Numbered from the stretch's first letter, positions 40,700 through 54,235 are shown. The stretch: 64,000 nucleotides of DNA from Eledone cirrhosa (GCA_964016885.1 OZ024760.1:16864001-16928000), one strand, 5' to 3'. The notes: generated by a model not told the origin, from the letters alone. Translations and numbers: made by a program.

Positions 40700-41190
40700 G
40701 ACGATGAGTGCTCGAATGGTTCGATCAAAGAAACACCCTGCTCATGAAATCAACGCGCAAGTTGCTCACCATTCCACAGACCAGACCAGACCATGGCTGG
40801 ATTTAATGGGGGTGGTTGCAAATGGGGCAGTTTCCTCGGGCCCCCTGCAGTAGAGAACCCCATCACCGACGGCCGTAGAAATTAATTGTGCCCTCAGCTG
40901 GGCTTTTTAGTTTAAGGGTGGTTAGAATTGTTTAATTTAATACCTGTATGTACACCTTTTCAATTCCAATTACTTGCGCCAAGCTAACTTTGATATGTAA
41001 AATTCGGGGTTTGCTGTGTATTCTGTTTTTTTTTTTGTGTATGAAAGCCCTCCTAAACTTGAAGTGCTCCGGGTCCCACCAAGGTTTAAATCCAACCCTG
41101 CCACAGACACGTGTAACCATTAACGCAATTCTCAGGGAGATTCAGTGTGGCACAGCGTGTAACAACACTGATCCCCTGAATTATAGGTAG
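40700..41190. mobile_element. Dispersed SINE-like repeat interrupted by a MITE
   Basis: ctgctcatgaaatcaacgcgcaagttgct...ccacagac resumes at 41101 ccacagacacgtgtaacc. Reverse-homologous pieces at 51255-51480, same-strand piece at 61570-61635. Confidence 0.6.
40792..41100. mobile_element. hAT-like MITE
   Basis: TIRs catggctggattta / taaatccaaccctg. 8-bp TSD ccacagac at 40774 and 41101. Confidence 0.7.
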
Positions 41191-41414
41191 AGTTCTTCTG
41201 ATGAGAAAGTCTTGTAACTATGTTAGAAACCGACTCTCTCTCTATTGGCAAACATTTGTGAAATTCTAAAACCAGAAGAACATACATACATACACACATA
41301 CACACATACATACATACATACATACGTACGTACATACACACATACATACATACGTACGTACATACACACATACATACATACATACATGCACACATACATG
41401 ATACAAGTATATGA

Positions 41415-41735
41415 TGATGGCTACAATTCGATGTCGAGTAATGTCATCGCTTGATACTTAAGCATGGGCATCACGGACAGGGCTTTTTAGTCCATCTAGG
41501 GGCTTGCCTATGGCCAGCAATGCCATGCATCACAAAATATGTCACATATCAAGCGATGCCTGTGCTTGAAGCTTTTTTAAGTGAGGAAAGGCTTTGCACG
41601 GAGCCAATCCCACTCTCTGAACATCAAATGCATTTACCCAAAAAGAAGAACTGGTCTTCATCATAGGATGCAAACCATGTCGTGGGTTTTATATCAGAGC
41701 GACCTTCTCCTAGAGAGATGTCTTAATGAAGACAA
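41415..41735 (-). mobile_element. Old diverged relative of element K
   Basis: ctttttagtcca, gcctgtgc.tgaagctttt..agtgag, agccaatcccactct, ttatatcagag..ccttctcctaga. Confidence 0.7.
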
Positions 41736-41837
41736 GAAATTGTTGTATCGTTTCATTTCATTGAGTAGTTTTTCATTCCTACACACACATGCACATGCAT
41801 ACACACACACACATGTATTTGTGTGCAGGCGCACACG

Positions 41838-41869
<32 letters not shown>

Positions 41870-42060
41870 AAGACAGGGGGGAAGAAAAAATGGCTTCACT
41901 TGTGCTTTCAACAAATTTATTTTCTTCACAAAATCCAAAAAGAATTTTTCTTAAAAAAAATTATTTTATAAATTAAGTTATATATATATGTATATATATA
42001 TATATACATTAGAGCAATCTATTATAGCTTTATCATATATATATCATATATTATAGCTAT

Positions 42061-42106
<46 letters not shown>

Positions 42107-42109
<3 letters not shown>

Positions 42110-42635
42110 TGGCTGCCAACTCGTTTTCGAGTACGGCCACTACTTTATATCCATGTAGGAGAACCCCTACCGATGCGCTGAACGAGTGTGACTTTTTAGT
42201 CCAGCCAGCAACTTGAAAACTCTGGTACAAACACTACACTTGTGACAATTATTGACACATAGTGCTGGGCCCATGGTACCATGTGACAAGTGCAGAGAGA
42301 TCTCCAGATATAAAGCAATGCCTGTGCCGTGAAGCTTTTATAGTGAGCAAAGGCACTGCACAAAGCCAGTCCCACTCTCTTAACCAAGATGATATTTACC
42401 AAAAAGAAGATCAAGTCAACATCATTGGATACCATCAGGGTTGCAGGTGTTATATCAGAGTTTTCCTTCCCCTAGAATTCTGCCTTGACAAAGGCTAAGG
42501 GGTCATCTCTCCCGGTGATTTTGGATGGCCATTGACTCTTAAGAGCTCCTTTGCCCTTTGACAGGTTTTGTTTTTAGTCCTGCAGGATGTCCAAAGTCAC
42601 CCTCCTCACCAAGAAACCGGGTCGTTGGCGACTAA
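42107..42635 (-). mobile_element. Element K with 5' inversion, micro-ORF 42167-42274
   Basis: Matches 6553-7066, then a short inverted gggtcgttggcgactaa. Confidence 0.85.
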
Positions 42636-42679
42636 TATACACATACATACATACATACATACATACATACATACATACA

Positions 42680-42710
<31 letters not shown>

Positions 42711-42918
42711 GTATATATATATACACACACACACGGTCCACTACTCTATTGAACTATTATGAAAGAGTGTGACAGCAACTGTTGTTTCGTTTTAGTGGAT
42801 GAATGCATTTGCATATAGAGACAGATAGATAGGTAGAGAGAGTGAGAGAGAGAGAGCGTGCTATATAGACAGGTATGCATATAGAAAGATAATGAGATAG
42901 ACAGGTATGCAAGTATAT

Positions 42919-42966
<48 letters not shown>

Positions 42967-43037
42967 TGAGAAGGAGATAGTGAGAGAGAGAGAGACTGGG
43001 GTAGATAGATACATAGATAAGTAGATGGATATATAAA

Positions 43038-43138
43038 TACAGGGTTTCCCCCCAAAAATGTATACACACTTCAACAGTATTCTGATAAATATCGTCTGTA
43101 CAGGTAATATAAGTATGTATACATTTTTTGTGACCCCA

Positions 43139-43142
<4 letters not shown>
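43038..43142. mobile_element. Tc1/mariner-type MITE, second copy 50753-50857
   Basis: TA-CAGGGT..CCCCCAAAAATGTATACA TIR and reverse end ...CACCCTG-TA. Confidence 0.75.
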
Positions 43143-43180
<38 letters not shown>

Positions 43181-43406
43181 ATATATACAGAGAGAGAGAG
43201 GCGGATAGATAGAGAGAGAGAAAAATATATAGATAGATAGATATATATATATAGAGATAGATACACAGATAGATAGATAGGTATAGAGAGAGAGAGAGAG
43301 AGATACAGAGAGAGAGAGAGAGATACAGAGAGAGAGAGAGAGATACAGAGAGAGAGAGAGAGAGATACAGAGAGAGAGAGAGAGATACAGAGAGAGAGAG
43401 AGAGAG

Positions 43407-43451
<45 letters not shown>

Positions 43452-44044
43452 CAGGTAGTGTAGAGAGGAAATGCAGTCGTAGATGCGCAGGTGCGTGTTT
43501 TTGTTTGTGCATTCACTGAAGAAATCTGCATGCATCGCAGAGAAACAGCATCAACATCAACAGCAACATCAGCAGCAATAGGGGCTTTAGGGGCTGGAAG
43601 AGAACAGCAGTAGTGGCAGCAGCGGCAGTTGCGACAAGAGCATCATCATCATCGTTCATCACTACAAGTAATAGTGGTGGTGGTGGTGGTAGTAGTACTA
43701 ATAGTAGTAGTAGTAGTGGTAGTGGTAGTGGTGGTGGTAGTAGTAGTGGTGGTGGTAGTAGCAGTAGTAGTGGTGGTGGTAGTAGTAGTAATAGTAGTGG
43801 TGGTAGTGGTGGTAGTAGTAGTAGTAGTAGTAACAGTAGTAGTAGTAGTGGCAGTAGTAGTAGTCGTAGTAGTGGTAATAGTAATAGTAGCAGTAGTAGT
43901 GGTAGTGGCAGTAGTAGTAGTCGTAGTAGAAATAGTAATAGTAGCAGTAGTAGTAGTAGCAGTAGTGGTGGTGGTGGTAGATGCAATTGGATTCACGAGA
44001 AACCGTACAAAACTAAACACATACACCTGCGTACACATTATATA

Positions 44045-44086
<42 letters not shown>

Positions 44087-44357
44087 AGATATAGATATAT
44101 ACATATATCCCCCCCACTCTCAAGAGCGTGAAACTAATAAACCTTTGTTCGTACTGCATCTCTGTTTTGTTCCCGTTCCATTTTTCACTATATATATATA
44201 TATACATATATATACATATATATAATATATATATATAATATACATATATATGTATGTATAGATATATAATATATATATTATATTTATATGTAATATAATA
44301 TAACATATATATAATATATATATATATAATATATGACATATAAAATATATTATATAT

Positions 44358-44401
<44 letters not shown>

Positions 44402-44723
44402 ATAATATATATACACGTACACACATACATATATGCATATAAAGAAAAATGTATTAATACCTGCACGTGCATATCAGTGTAAACACACACACATATATAC
44501 ACACACTGACACACACACACATATATATACACACACTGACACACATATATACACACACTCACACACACATATATATATATACACACTGACACACACACAT
44601 ACATATATATATATGTACAAACACACACTCACACATATATATATACGCACACACACTCACTCACTCACTCACTCACATACACATATACACAGACACACTT
44701 ACACATATATATACACATTCACT

Positions 44724-44769
<46 letters not shown>

Positions 44770-44801
44770 TATACACACACACACATACACACACTCACTC
44801 A

Positions 44802-44842
<41 letters not shown>

Positions 44843-45102
44843 TCACATATATATACACACACACACATCTCCCTGTCTCTCTCTCTATTTATCTCTCTCT
44901 CTCCCCCTTTATCTCTCTCTCTCCTCTCTCTCCCTCTCTCCCTATATATATATATATACACACACATACATACACACACTCACTCACTCACACACACACA
45001 TACTCACATATATACACACACACACATCTCCCTGTCTCTCTCTCTCTCTCTCTCTTTATCTCTCTCTCTCTCTCTTTATCTCTCTCTCTCTCTCTCCCTT
45101 TA

Positions 45103-45138
<36 letters not shown>

Positions 45139-45399
45139 CCTTTATCTCTCTCCCTCTCTCTCCCTCTCTCCCTATATATATATCGAACTAAATAGATGGA
45201 CAGAGAAACAAATCTAGGAGCTGGATTGATACACAGTAGACATATAGAAGCTTTACAGACAATAGTATTGTGAAAAATCGATAGATCAATATATAGAAAT
45301 TAACACGCTTTGATAATTACCTTTGTGGCACCTATGACTCGTATATATACTTTCATATACACCCACAAGTATATATATACACACGTGAGCTCGTATATA

Positions 45400-46165
45400 C
45401 CACAAACACACTGATGTATACACGCATGCATACACGCACTGATGTATACATGCATACATACACGCACTGATGTATACATGCATACATACACACCCTGATA
45501 TATACATGCATACATACACGCACTGATGTATACATGCATACATACACACACTGATGTATACATGCATACATACACGCACTGATGTATACATGCATACATA
45601 CACACCCTGATATATACATGCATACATACACGCACTGATGTATACATGCATACATACACGCACTGATGTATACATGCATACACACACACTGACATATACA
45701 TGCATACGTGCACACACTGACAACCACATACCATACACAGACACACACACAGGCATACATATACACTGACATACACATACATACATACATGTCAAACACA
45801 CTGACACACACATACCTCACACACAGTGACATACGCATGCATACACACATGGCACACATACATACACGCTGACACACATACATATATACACAGACTCTGC
45901 AATACATACATACATACATATATACATACATATATACACTCTGCAATACATACATATATACACTCTGCAATACATACATATATACACTCTGCAATACATA
46001 CATACATACATATATACACTCTGCATACATATATACACTCTGCAATACATACATATATACACTCTGCAATACATACATATATACACTCTGCATACATACA
46101 TATATACACTCTGCATACATACATATATACACTCTGCAATACATACATATACACAGACTCTGCAA

Positions 46166-46199
<34 letters not shown>

Positions 46200-46215
46200 C
46201 ACTCTGCAATACATA
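45400..46215. repeat. Minisatellites cactgatgtatacatgcatacatacacg (~28 bp) and cactctgcaatacatacatata
   Basis: Direct reading. Confidence 0.9.
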
Positions 46216-47007
46216 TATACACTATATATATATATATATACACTCTACATACATATATACACTATATATACACACACACACACACGCTGAAAGCCCTAAC
46301 AACAACAACAACTAAAGACAACCTCGACAAGGACAACCAATAATTTCACCGAAAAGCACAACAAACTACTACTACTACTGCTACTAATAATAATAATACT
46401 ATTACTACTACTACTACCACCACCACTACAACAACAACTACTACTACTATTACTAGTACTAACCCCACCACCACCATCACTACTACTACTGCCACTACAA
46501 CAACAACAACAACACAACAACAACTACTACTGCCACTACAACAACAACTACTGCCACTACCACCACCACCACTACAAAAACAAAAACAACAACAACAACC
46601 ACCACAACTACTACTATCAGTAATAGTAGCGGTTGTAGTACTTCTACTACTAGTAGTATTACTACTACAATTCCATTGACTGGAAACACTTTTTTTTTTT
46701 CGATTTCGTCTTGCATTTTTCGGTTTGCATTCAGTTAGCAGGTATATATATACATATATACACATATATACACACACACACACACATATATATATATATT
46801 ATTGTATACACAAAGTGAAACACTTATATACAAATGCTCATAGATTAACACGCGCTCAACAAAAGTCATATATATATGTGTATATATATACGGATAGAAA
46901 TATATATTTACACATGTATATATATAATAATTATGTGTGCGAACGTGTATGTGTGCTCGCGTAATTTTGCGTGTGTATACATACATTGACAACCTCTCTC
47001 TCTCTTT

Positions 47008-47053
<46 letters not shown>

Positions 47054-47249
47054 CAGTATAAAGGATTTTTACCTGAACCGGAAGTTGGTGTGTTTTGATA
47101 TCCTATTTTTACCTCCTTTTTTGAAAGGGGGGTTTTAGCATCTTCACCAGACCTCTCTGTTCTTCGACCTTATGAAACAAGTAAGTAAAACTTCGACGTT
47201 TTTTCATTATTTCTTATAATTTACAGTTATATTACTTTTATTATTACCT

Positions 47250-47540
47250 GCCGCCGATCGGGGTTAGCTTTGCCTGTCATCCTGACCGGGGTTGATAAAA
47301 TAAAGGACCAGAAACAAACTAGGGGTTCGTTTTAATTGACTTTCCCTTCCCCGCCCGCCCCCCCAAAAATTGATCACCTTTTGCCTATAGTAGAAACCAT
47401 GGCCTGGCCCTTTACATTCTGAGTTAAAATCCCGCTGAGGTTAACTTTGCATTTCATCCTTACGGGGGTCGATAAAATAAAGCACCAGTAATGTACTGGG
47501 GGTAATTGCTGACCTTGTGCCAAAAGTAAAAAACAATTAT
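47250..47540 (+). mobile_element. Two tandem SINE A fragments
   Basis: Consensus match. Confidence 0.8.
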
Positions 47541-47541
47541 C

Positions 47542-47578
<37 letters not shown>

Positions 47579-47705
47579 TGTACATACATGTACATACAGG
47601 GGTGGTGGAAGAGTCTCTGAATTGAGGGTGGCCAAATATAGTTGTAGTGATTAGTTTAGCTTTTATTATCAAATATCAACCAAGATATATATATATATAT
47701 ATATA

Positions 47706-47923
47706 TAGGAACCAGTAAGACCCCGACAGCTGAGCTCAAGCCGTTTCGACGGCTAATTCTGGACTCATTTTAGTCCAGAATTTCTGAGTCCAGAATTAGC
47801 CGTCGAAACGGCTTGAGCTCAGCTGTCGGGGTCTTACTGGTTCCTATTACCCACTCTACTACCTCAAGTATTGAGTACTTTGGTGCGTTATGGTCCACCT
47901 GGTTCCTTACCACTTTTCCTTCG

Positions 47924-47926
<3 letters not shown>
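47706..47926 (+). mobile_element. Family P3 fold-back element
   Basis: ~62-bp perfect arms, TA flanks. Confidence 0.85.
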
Positions 47927-47962
<36 letters not shown>

Positions 47963-48105
47963 TCGATATCTCATAAACATAGCATGTACATAAATTGTAA
48001 CATATATACAAATAGATATGTGTTTTGGTAGTTTGGGAGGGAGGAGAAAAAAAATATGATTATTGGGGTGAGCCATGGAACCCCTGCCCCAAATCCACCG
48101 CCCTT

Positions 48106-48143
<38 letters not shown>

Positions 48144-48147
<4 letters not shown>

Positions 48148-48356
48148 GTATAGGATTATCCTAGATGCAGTAATGGTTAATTACTACACTGGATAGGGTT
48201 GACGTACGGTGAGGGGTTACTCAACGAGTTATGGAAGAATTGTTGAAGAAACTTCTGTATTCCGGAGTGTAGATAAAGAATGAGTAATAACGGGTAGACA
48301 TCATAAAAAGGTAATTTATTCCGTAATTTTATGATGTCTACCTGTTATTATTCATT

Positions 48357-48362
<6 letters not shown>
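48144..48362. mobile_element. (TA)n-flanked element with terminal fold-back (family P9)
   Basis: ataaagaatgagtaataacgggtagacatcataaaa / ttttatgatgtctacctgttattattcattctttat. Confidence 0.6.
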
Positions 48363-48395
<33 letters not shown>

Positions 48396-48491
48396 TGTAT
48401 GTGTATAAAAATATATTGGGTGAACTTTTTTCTTAGTTGACTTTTTGCTAAAAATGTATCTATTGTTACCAATACTATTTATTAGTGGTTG

Positions 48492-48664
48492 TATTATTGT
48501 TGTAGAGATACTATACTATTATTGTTGTAGAGATACTATACTATTATTGTTGTAGAGATACTATACTATTATTGTTGTAGAGATACTATACTATTATTGT
48601 TGTAGAGATACTATACTATTATTGTTGTAGAGATACTATACTATTATTGTTGTAGAGATACTAT
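48492..48664. repeat. 25-bp tandem repeat x7
   Basis: tattattgttgtagagatactatac. Confidence 0.95.
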
Positions 48665-48854
48665 CTTCTCTTCGTTGATAAACTCTGTCTTTTTACTCGA
48701 TGTCAATTCTTCCCGACCACCCACACTTCCATCGTCTCTCTCTCCTCACTTGGTCTTGTTGATTTGTGTCCTTGCAGTCGCTGTAATGTCTTTGATGAAA
48801 GCCCCTGTCACAAATAAGATTAAATAATTCTCATTATTATTATTGTCATAGAGA

Positions 48855-50390
48855 AGGACGAAAGGCAAAGTTAACCTCGGTGAGTTCAAATCCCGCCGAG
48901 GTTAACTTTGCCTTTCATCCTTCTGGGGTCGATAGAATAAAGTACCAGTAATGTATTGGGGTAATTTGCTGGCCTTGTGCCAAAGGTAGAAACAATTATT
49001 ATTGTCATAGAGAGTCGGGTACTATGGTTAGCGGCATGGAGTTACGTCGCGTCGCTTTACGTTCTGAGTTCGAATCCTGCCGAGGTTAGCTTTGCATTCG
49101 TCTTTACGGGGTCGACAAAATAAAGTACCAGTAATGCACTGGGTCGATATCATCAACTTTCCCGTCCCCCTTAAAATTGTTGGCCTTGTACCTAAATCAG
49201 AAAACATTACTTGGTAATATCGGTAGAGCGTCGGACAACATGCTTAGCGGCATGGAGTTACGTCGCTTTACGGTCTGAGTTCAAATTCCCCCAAGGTTAA
49301 CTTTGCATTTCGTCCTTGCATTTCGTCGACAAAATAAAATACCAGTAATACACTGGGGTCGAATTTGGCCTAGTACCAAAATTAATAGCAATTATTATAG
49401 AGAGTTGGGTTCCATGCGTAGCGGCACAGAGTTACGTCGCTTTACGTTCTGAGTTCAAATCCTGCCGAAGTCAGCTTTGCATTTCATCCTCAGAGGGTCG
49501 ATAAAATTAAGTACCAGTAATGCACTGGGGTCAATATAATCGTATTTCTCCCCTCCCTAAAATTGCTGGCCTTGTGCCTAAAGTAGAAACAATTATTATA
49601 GAGTGACATATATGCATAGCGGCATAGAGTTAAGGCTGTTTACGTTGTAAGTTCAAATCCCGCCGAGGTACTATAATTAAGGTGGTGGTGATCGTGGTGA
49701 CAGTGGTGGGGGTGACGGTGGTGGTAGTGGTGGTGGGGACGGTGGTGACGGTGGTGACGGTGGTGATGGTGGTAGTAGTGTTTGTGGTGGTGGTGGTGAC
49801 GGTGGTGGTAGTGTAGTGACGGTGGTGGTGGTGATCGTGGTGGTGGTGACGGTGGTTGTGGTGGTGGTGGTGGTGATGGTGATGGTGGTGGTGGTAGTGA
49901 CGGTGGTGGTGGTGTTTGTGGTGGTGGTGGTGGTAACGGTGGTGGTGGTGGTGGTGGTGACGATGGTTGTGGTGATGGTTGTGGTGGTGGTGGTGAGTTG
50001 TCAGTCGTTAGAGCGTCGGATAAATTGCTCAGCAGTATTTGTTCTGGTTCTTTAGTCACTGAATTCAAATCCCGCCGAGGTTGACTTTGCCTTTTATCTT
50101 TACGGGGGGTCGATAAAATAAAGTACCAGTAATGCACTGGGGTAATTGCTGGCCTTGTGCCAAAAGTGAAAGCAATTGTTATTACTATAGAGTGTCGGGT
50201 ACCATGCTTAATGGCATAGAGTTACGTCGCTTTACGTTCTGAGTTCAAATTCTGCCGAGGTTAACTTTGCCTTTCATCCTTACGGGGTCGATAAAATAAG
50301 GTACCAGTAATGCCCTGGGGTCGATTTAATCGACTTTTCTCTTCTCCGAAAATTGTTAGCTTTGTGTCTAAATCAGAAATCATTATTATT
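48855..50390 (+). mobile_element. Head-to-tail array of about 7 SINE A copies with a (GGT)n tract
   Basis: Repeated gagttcaaatcc...gtaccagtaatgcactgg units. Confidence 0.85.
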
Positions 50391-50752
50391 AATCCCATGG
50401 GGCGGATGAGCAAGAATAGGGGCGAGGGGTGTTCTGACTCGACTGAACTAATGGGTACCCACCTGAACGTGTGGGTTGTTATCCACTTGTATATGTACGT
50501 GGGGCACACCCAACCGCATTTGTATGTGGAGGGGTACCCACCTATATATGTGTGTGGGGGCGGGGTACCCATCTGTACGTGTAGGGGGGAAACACCCACA
50601 CGTATATGTTGAGGGCTACCTACCTATATGCGAGGGTATCCACCTGTATATGGGAGGGTACCCACCTGTGTGGGGTGGGGGGGTTTACCCTAAATGTTTT
50701 TCATATTTTATATATCATATATTGTGTTATTTATTGTTTTATAATAATTTTA

Positions 50753-50857
50753 TACAATGTGTCCCCCCAAAGCGTATACACACTTGAACAGCATTCTAAT
50801 AAATATTGCCTGTACAGGTAATCATACTGTGTGTACATTTTTGGGGGACACCCTGTA
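50753..50857. mobile_element. Tc1/mariner-type MITE
   Basis: Homologous to 43038-43142, ends ggggacaccctgta. Confidence 0.75.
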
Positions 50858-51705
50858 TTTATTGCAGCGACCCCAGATTGTATTCAGCAATTGAAACAAA
50901 TATGAAGTACACTAAATCCAATGTTCCCGGGGGGTGGCCCTGGTTCTTCTTATTTGCTAGAGTAAACTCGGCCAGATTAGATTAGATTAATGTATTCTAG
51001 GGTCTCTGCCGAGACAGACAGTCTTTTATCTATTCTAGGGTCTACAAAATAAACAGTCAATTACTAGGGTGCTTTGAATCAAGGGTTCCTTGCCCTAAAA
51101 TATATTTACCCAGTGTCGGGGTCAATTAGGGCTGCGGAGAAAAAATGTGACAGAAGGATGAACAAAATATCATAGCATAGCTTCCAAGTTTAAATCATAG
51201 AACAATCCAATCAAGACAAACCTTAAAGTTGTTGTTGTTGTTGTTGTCTGTGGAATACTCAGCCACTTGCAAGTTAATTTCACTTGCGGGCTGTTTCCTT
51301 TGATCTAAAAAATTCATCGTCGAAACCGACGGAAATCCATCGAAACTGCTTCTGATCTCTCGCTAGTAGTTAAGGGCTATTGTTGAGCTAAAGTTTAAAT
51401 GGTGTTGCACATTAATTTCACGAGCGGGTTGTTTTTTTTGATCGAACAACTGGAACACTCATCGTCGAAACCGACCGAAGTCCATAGAAACTGCTTCTGA
51501 TCTCTCGCCAGTTGTTAAGGGCTATTGTTGAGCTAAAGTTTAAATGGTGTTAAGTAATTCTTCCCTCCGGTCAAGACATCGGTTTGTTTTATCGTCTACA
51601 AGATTATTACCAGATAATCTAATACTTAATCCTTCCAACGACCGACAGCTCAATTAACTCTTAAACTAAGTAGAATTAATCACTTAATGTTACATTTCCT
51701 TTTAC

Positions 51706-51786
<81 letters not shown>

Positions 51787-52194
51787 GGAAAAGAGTCAGG
51801 ACCCCGACGGCTGAGTTCACGCCCCGTTTCGGCAGCTACTACCCTAATATATGTGTGTGTCCATCTCTAAGTTACCGTTGGTATCTATGTCAGTATTTAT
51901 GTCACGTAACAATTCTATTTAATAACATTTCATTGTGATATTTATTGAACTGGTATCGATTATTTTTTGGTTTGTAAAGCCATTGATCAATTTAGAATAA
52001 TATAATGGAAAAAAAACAATACCTCATTCTAATAAACAACCACAACAAACAATAAATAGCTCGCTTCCTCCCCATTAAAATATATATTTAAATACACTTA
52101 CAGAACGTACACAGAACGTTTGATGGGAATAGTACTCGGCATGATTTGAAGAGCTGCCAATTGTCAGATCTAAAGACTAAAGTTTGTCTCGACA

Positions 52195-52868
52195 CCAGAG
52201 ACTCGTCAGGGCGGTGTTTATTACGGTTTCGTGGCGTGAAGAGACTGAGAGTACAAGACTTCCCCCTAGACAGGACACCAAGGTTTAAAGTATGTCACAA
52301 GCGAGGAGGTTCGTCAGCCCGGTGATTATTCCGGGTTCGTGGTGTGAGGGGCTGGAATTATAAGACTTCCTCCCGGTAAGGTCACCAGAGTTTAAAGCCT
52401 GTCACAAATCAGGAGACTCCGCATGTCAGGGCCAGGGCCAATTCCGGTTTCATGACGTGAAGCGACTAAGAGTACAAGACTGGTTAGGGTACCAGTCCAT
52501 CACAGGGTTAAAGTCTGTCTCAAACCAGGAAGTTCGTTAGGCCGGTACTTATCCCGGTTTCGCGACTGAAAGTAGAAGACTCTCCCCTCCCTGGACAGGA
52601 CACCACTCCATCTCGGGCTTAAACCCCTAGCTACAGCTGGTACTCATTTTCAGTTGAGTGTACTGGAGCAACATAAAATGAAGTGTTTTATTCAAGAAAA
52701 CAACACAGAACTTAGCCCAGGAATCGAACCCACGATATTACAATCGTAAGACCAACACCCTCACCACTAAGACATGGGCCTCCACTTCGAGTTGTAATCG
52801 AACCCACGATATTACAATCGTAAGACCAACACCTTCACCACTAAGACATGGGCCTCCACTTCGAGTTG
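52195..52868 (-). mobile_element. SINE family B (V-domain-like) with a 4x repeated 3' segment and a 74-bp duplicated head
   Basis: cggtttcgtggcgtgaag.gactgagagtacaagact variants x4. atcgaacccacgatattacaatcg at 52723 and 52797. Confidence 0.75.
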
Positions 52869-53053
52869 TCAAATAGAATATAAGCAATATGGCGGCAGTT
52901 GGGAATGCTATGAACATTAATGGCTGCCGTTGTGTACTTGAAATATTATCTCACTATTTCCTCTCAATTATAGACACTTGGCTATCAAAACTATTGTTTC
53001 CTTTATTGTTCATTGAATTCTAGATAAATCATCAAATCTAAAGTAATTGTGTG

Positions 53054-53105
<52 letters not shown>

Positions 53106-53597
53106 TCCTGTCATGGTGTATGGCTGAAATACTGTTAGCTAATAAAACTATGTATTTCTAAGCACTCTTTGGTTATTCCTATAACTATAACAGCTCTGTA
53201 GTATACTAGTTATCCTACATTGAATCTAAAACCACACTGTCATACCAAGGGCAATATATCTACATGTCTGGGCATATTGATATATTTGTCAATGAAATAT
53301 ATATATATATATATACATATATATATAAAAAACATGAGAAGAAAGAAGAATACTGCGTGGTTGCACATGGGTTACATATGATAAAAATAGTCCTTCGTCA
53401 GTGATTTTCCAACCATCATTGATATTTCATCGCATTAAAAATCATATACCTCTGGTTGGTGCGAGCAATAACTAAATATATATATATATATATATGTGTA
53501 GGAGGTGAGTTTTATTGTAGTACAATAAAGCAATGCAGATATTGATTTAAAACTGCACTATCCACAAGTGTTTTTTAACCTTCATATCATGTCCTCC

Positions 53598-53668
53598 TAT
53601 TTTATCTGATGAAAACACAAATGTTATTGCATGATGATATTTGTTTTTGAAATGCGCATAATAAAATA
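53598..53668 (+). ncRNA. Type I hammerhead ribozyme with intact core (family P10)
   Basis: Stem I tattttat/ataaaata, CTGATGA, 16-bp stem II with one mismatch, GAAA, palindromic stem III ATGCGCAT, AUA triplet at 53658-53660. Confidence 0.75.
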
Positions 53669-53698
53669 CATGGAACTCATTTAACCATCTTTTGATCT

Positions 53699-53731
<33 letters not shown>

Positions 53732-53741
53732 GGGAGAGGGA

Positions 53742-53905
53742 GAGAAATGACTTCTGCGGGGCTAGAACTGTTTCATTCGTATGACATCCTCATGATCTGG
53801 TCTTGTAGTAGAAGACATTTTCTATATATAGGATGCCTATACTCTACCAATGTATTGAGTACCTTTTTTAACTGTGGTTACCCCAACACAACTCGGGAAT
53901 CTATA
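53742..53905. mobile_element. Family P7 diverged fold-back copy
   Basis: ctagaactgtttcattc...aatgtattgagtacc..actgtggttacc. Confidence 0.7.
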
Positions 53906-53919
53906 CCCACACCCATATG

Positions 53920-53949
<30 letters not shown>

Positions 53950-53950
<1 letters not shown>

Positions 53951-54235
53951 TAGGTAATTCCGAAGGAAAAGCAAAGGAAAAAAGGGTGCTCTATGTATAG
54001 AACAGAGCTATTTAATTAGAAAGTGAACAAGACAAAATATAACTACTGCATTACCAAAGGGTTCTGGATCACAGACGATAATAATATACGTCTGGATCGG
54101 TCGTCAGACAGAGATGTTATGGTAACATCTCTGTCTGACGACCGATCCAGGCGTATATTATTATCGTTTGGGATCCAGAAACCTTTGGTAATGGAGTAGT
54201 TATATTTTGTCTTGTTCACTTTCTAATTAAATAAA
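53950..54235. mobile_element. Family P2 with two complete inverted hammerheads
   Basis: ~110-bp arms centred at ~54121. Plus 54129-54196 ctctgt-CTGACGA-...-GAAAC-ctttg-GTA-atggag. Confidence 0.8.
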
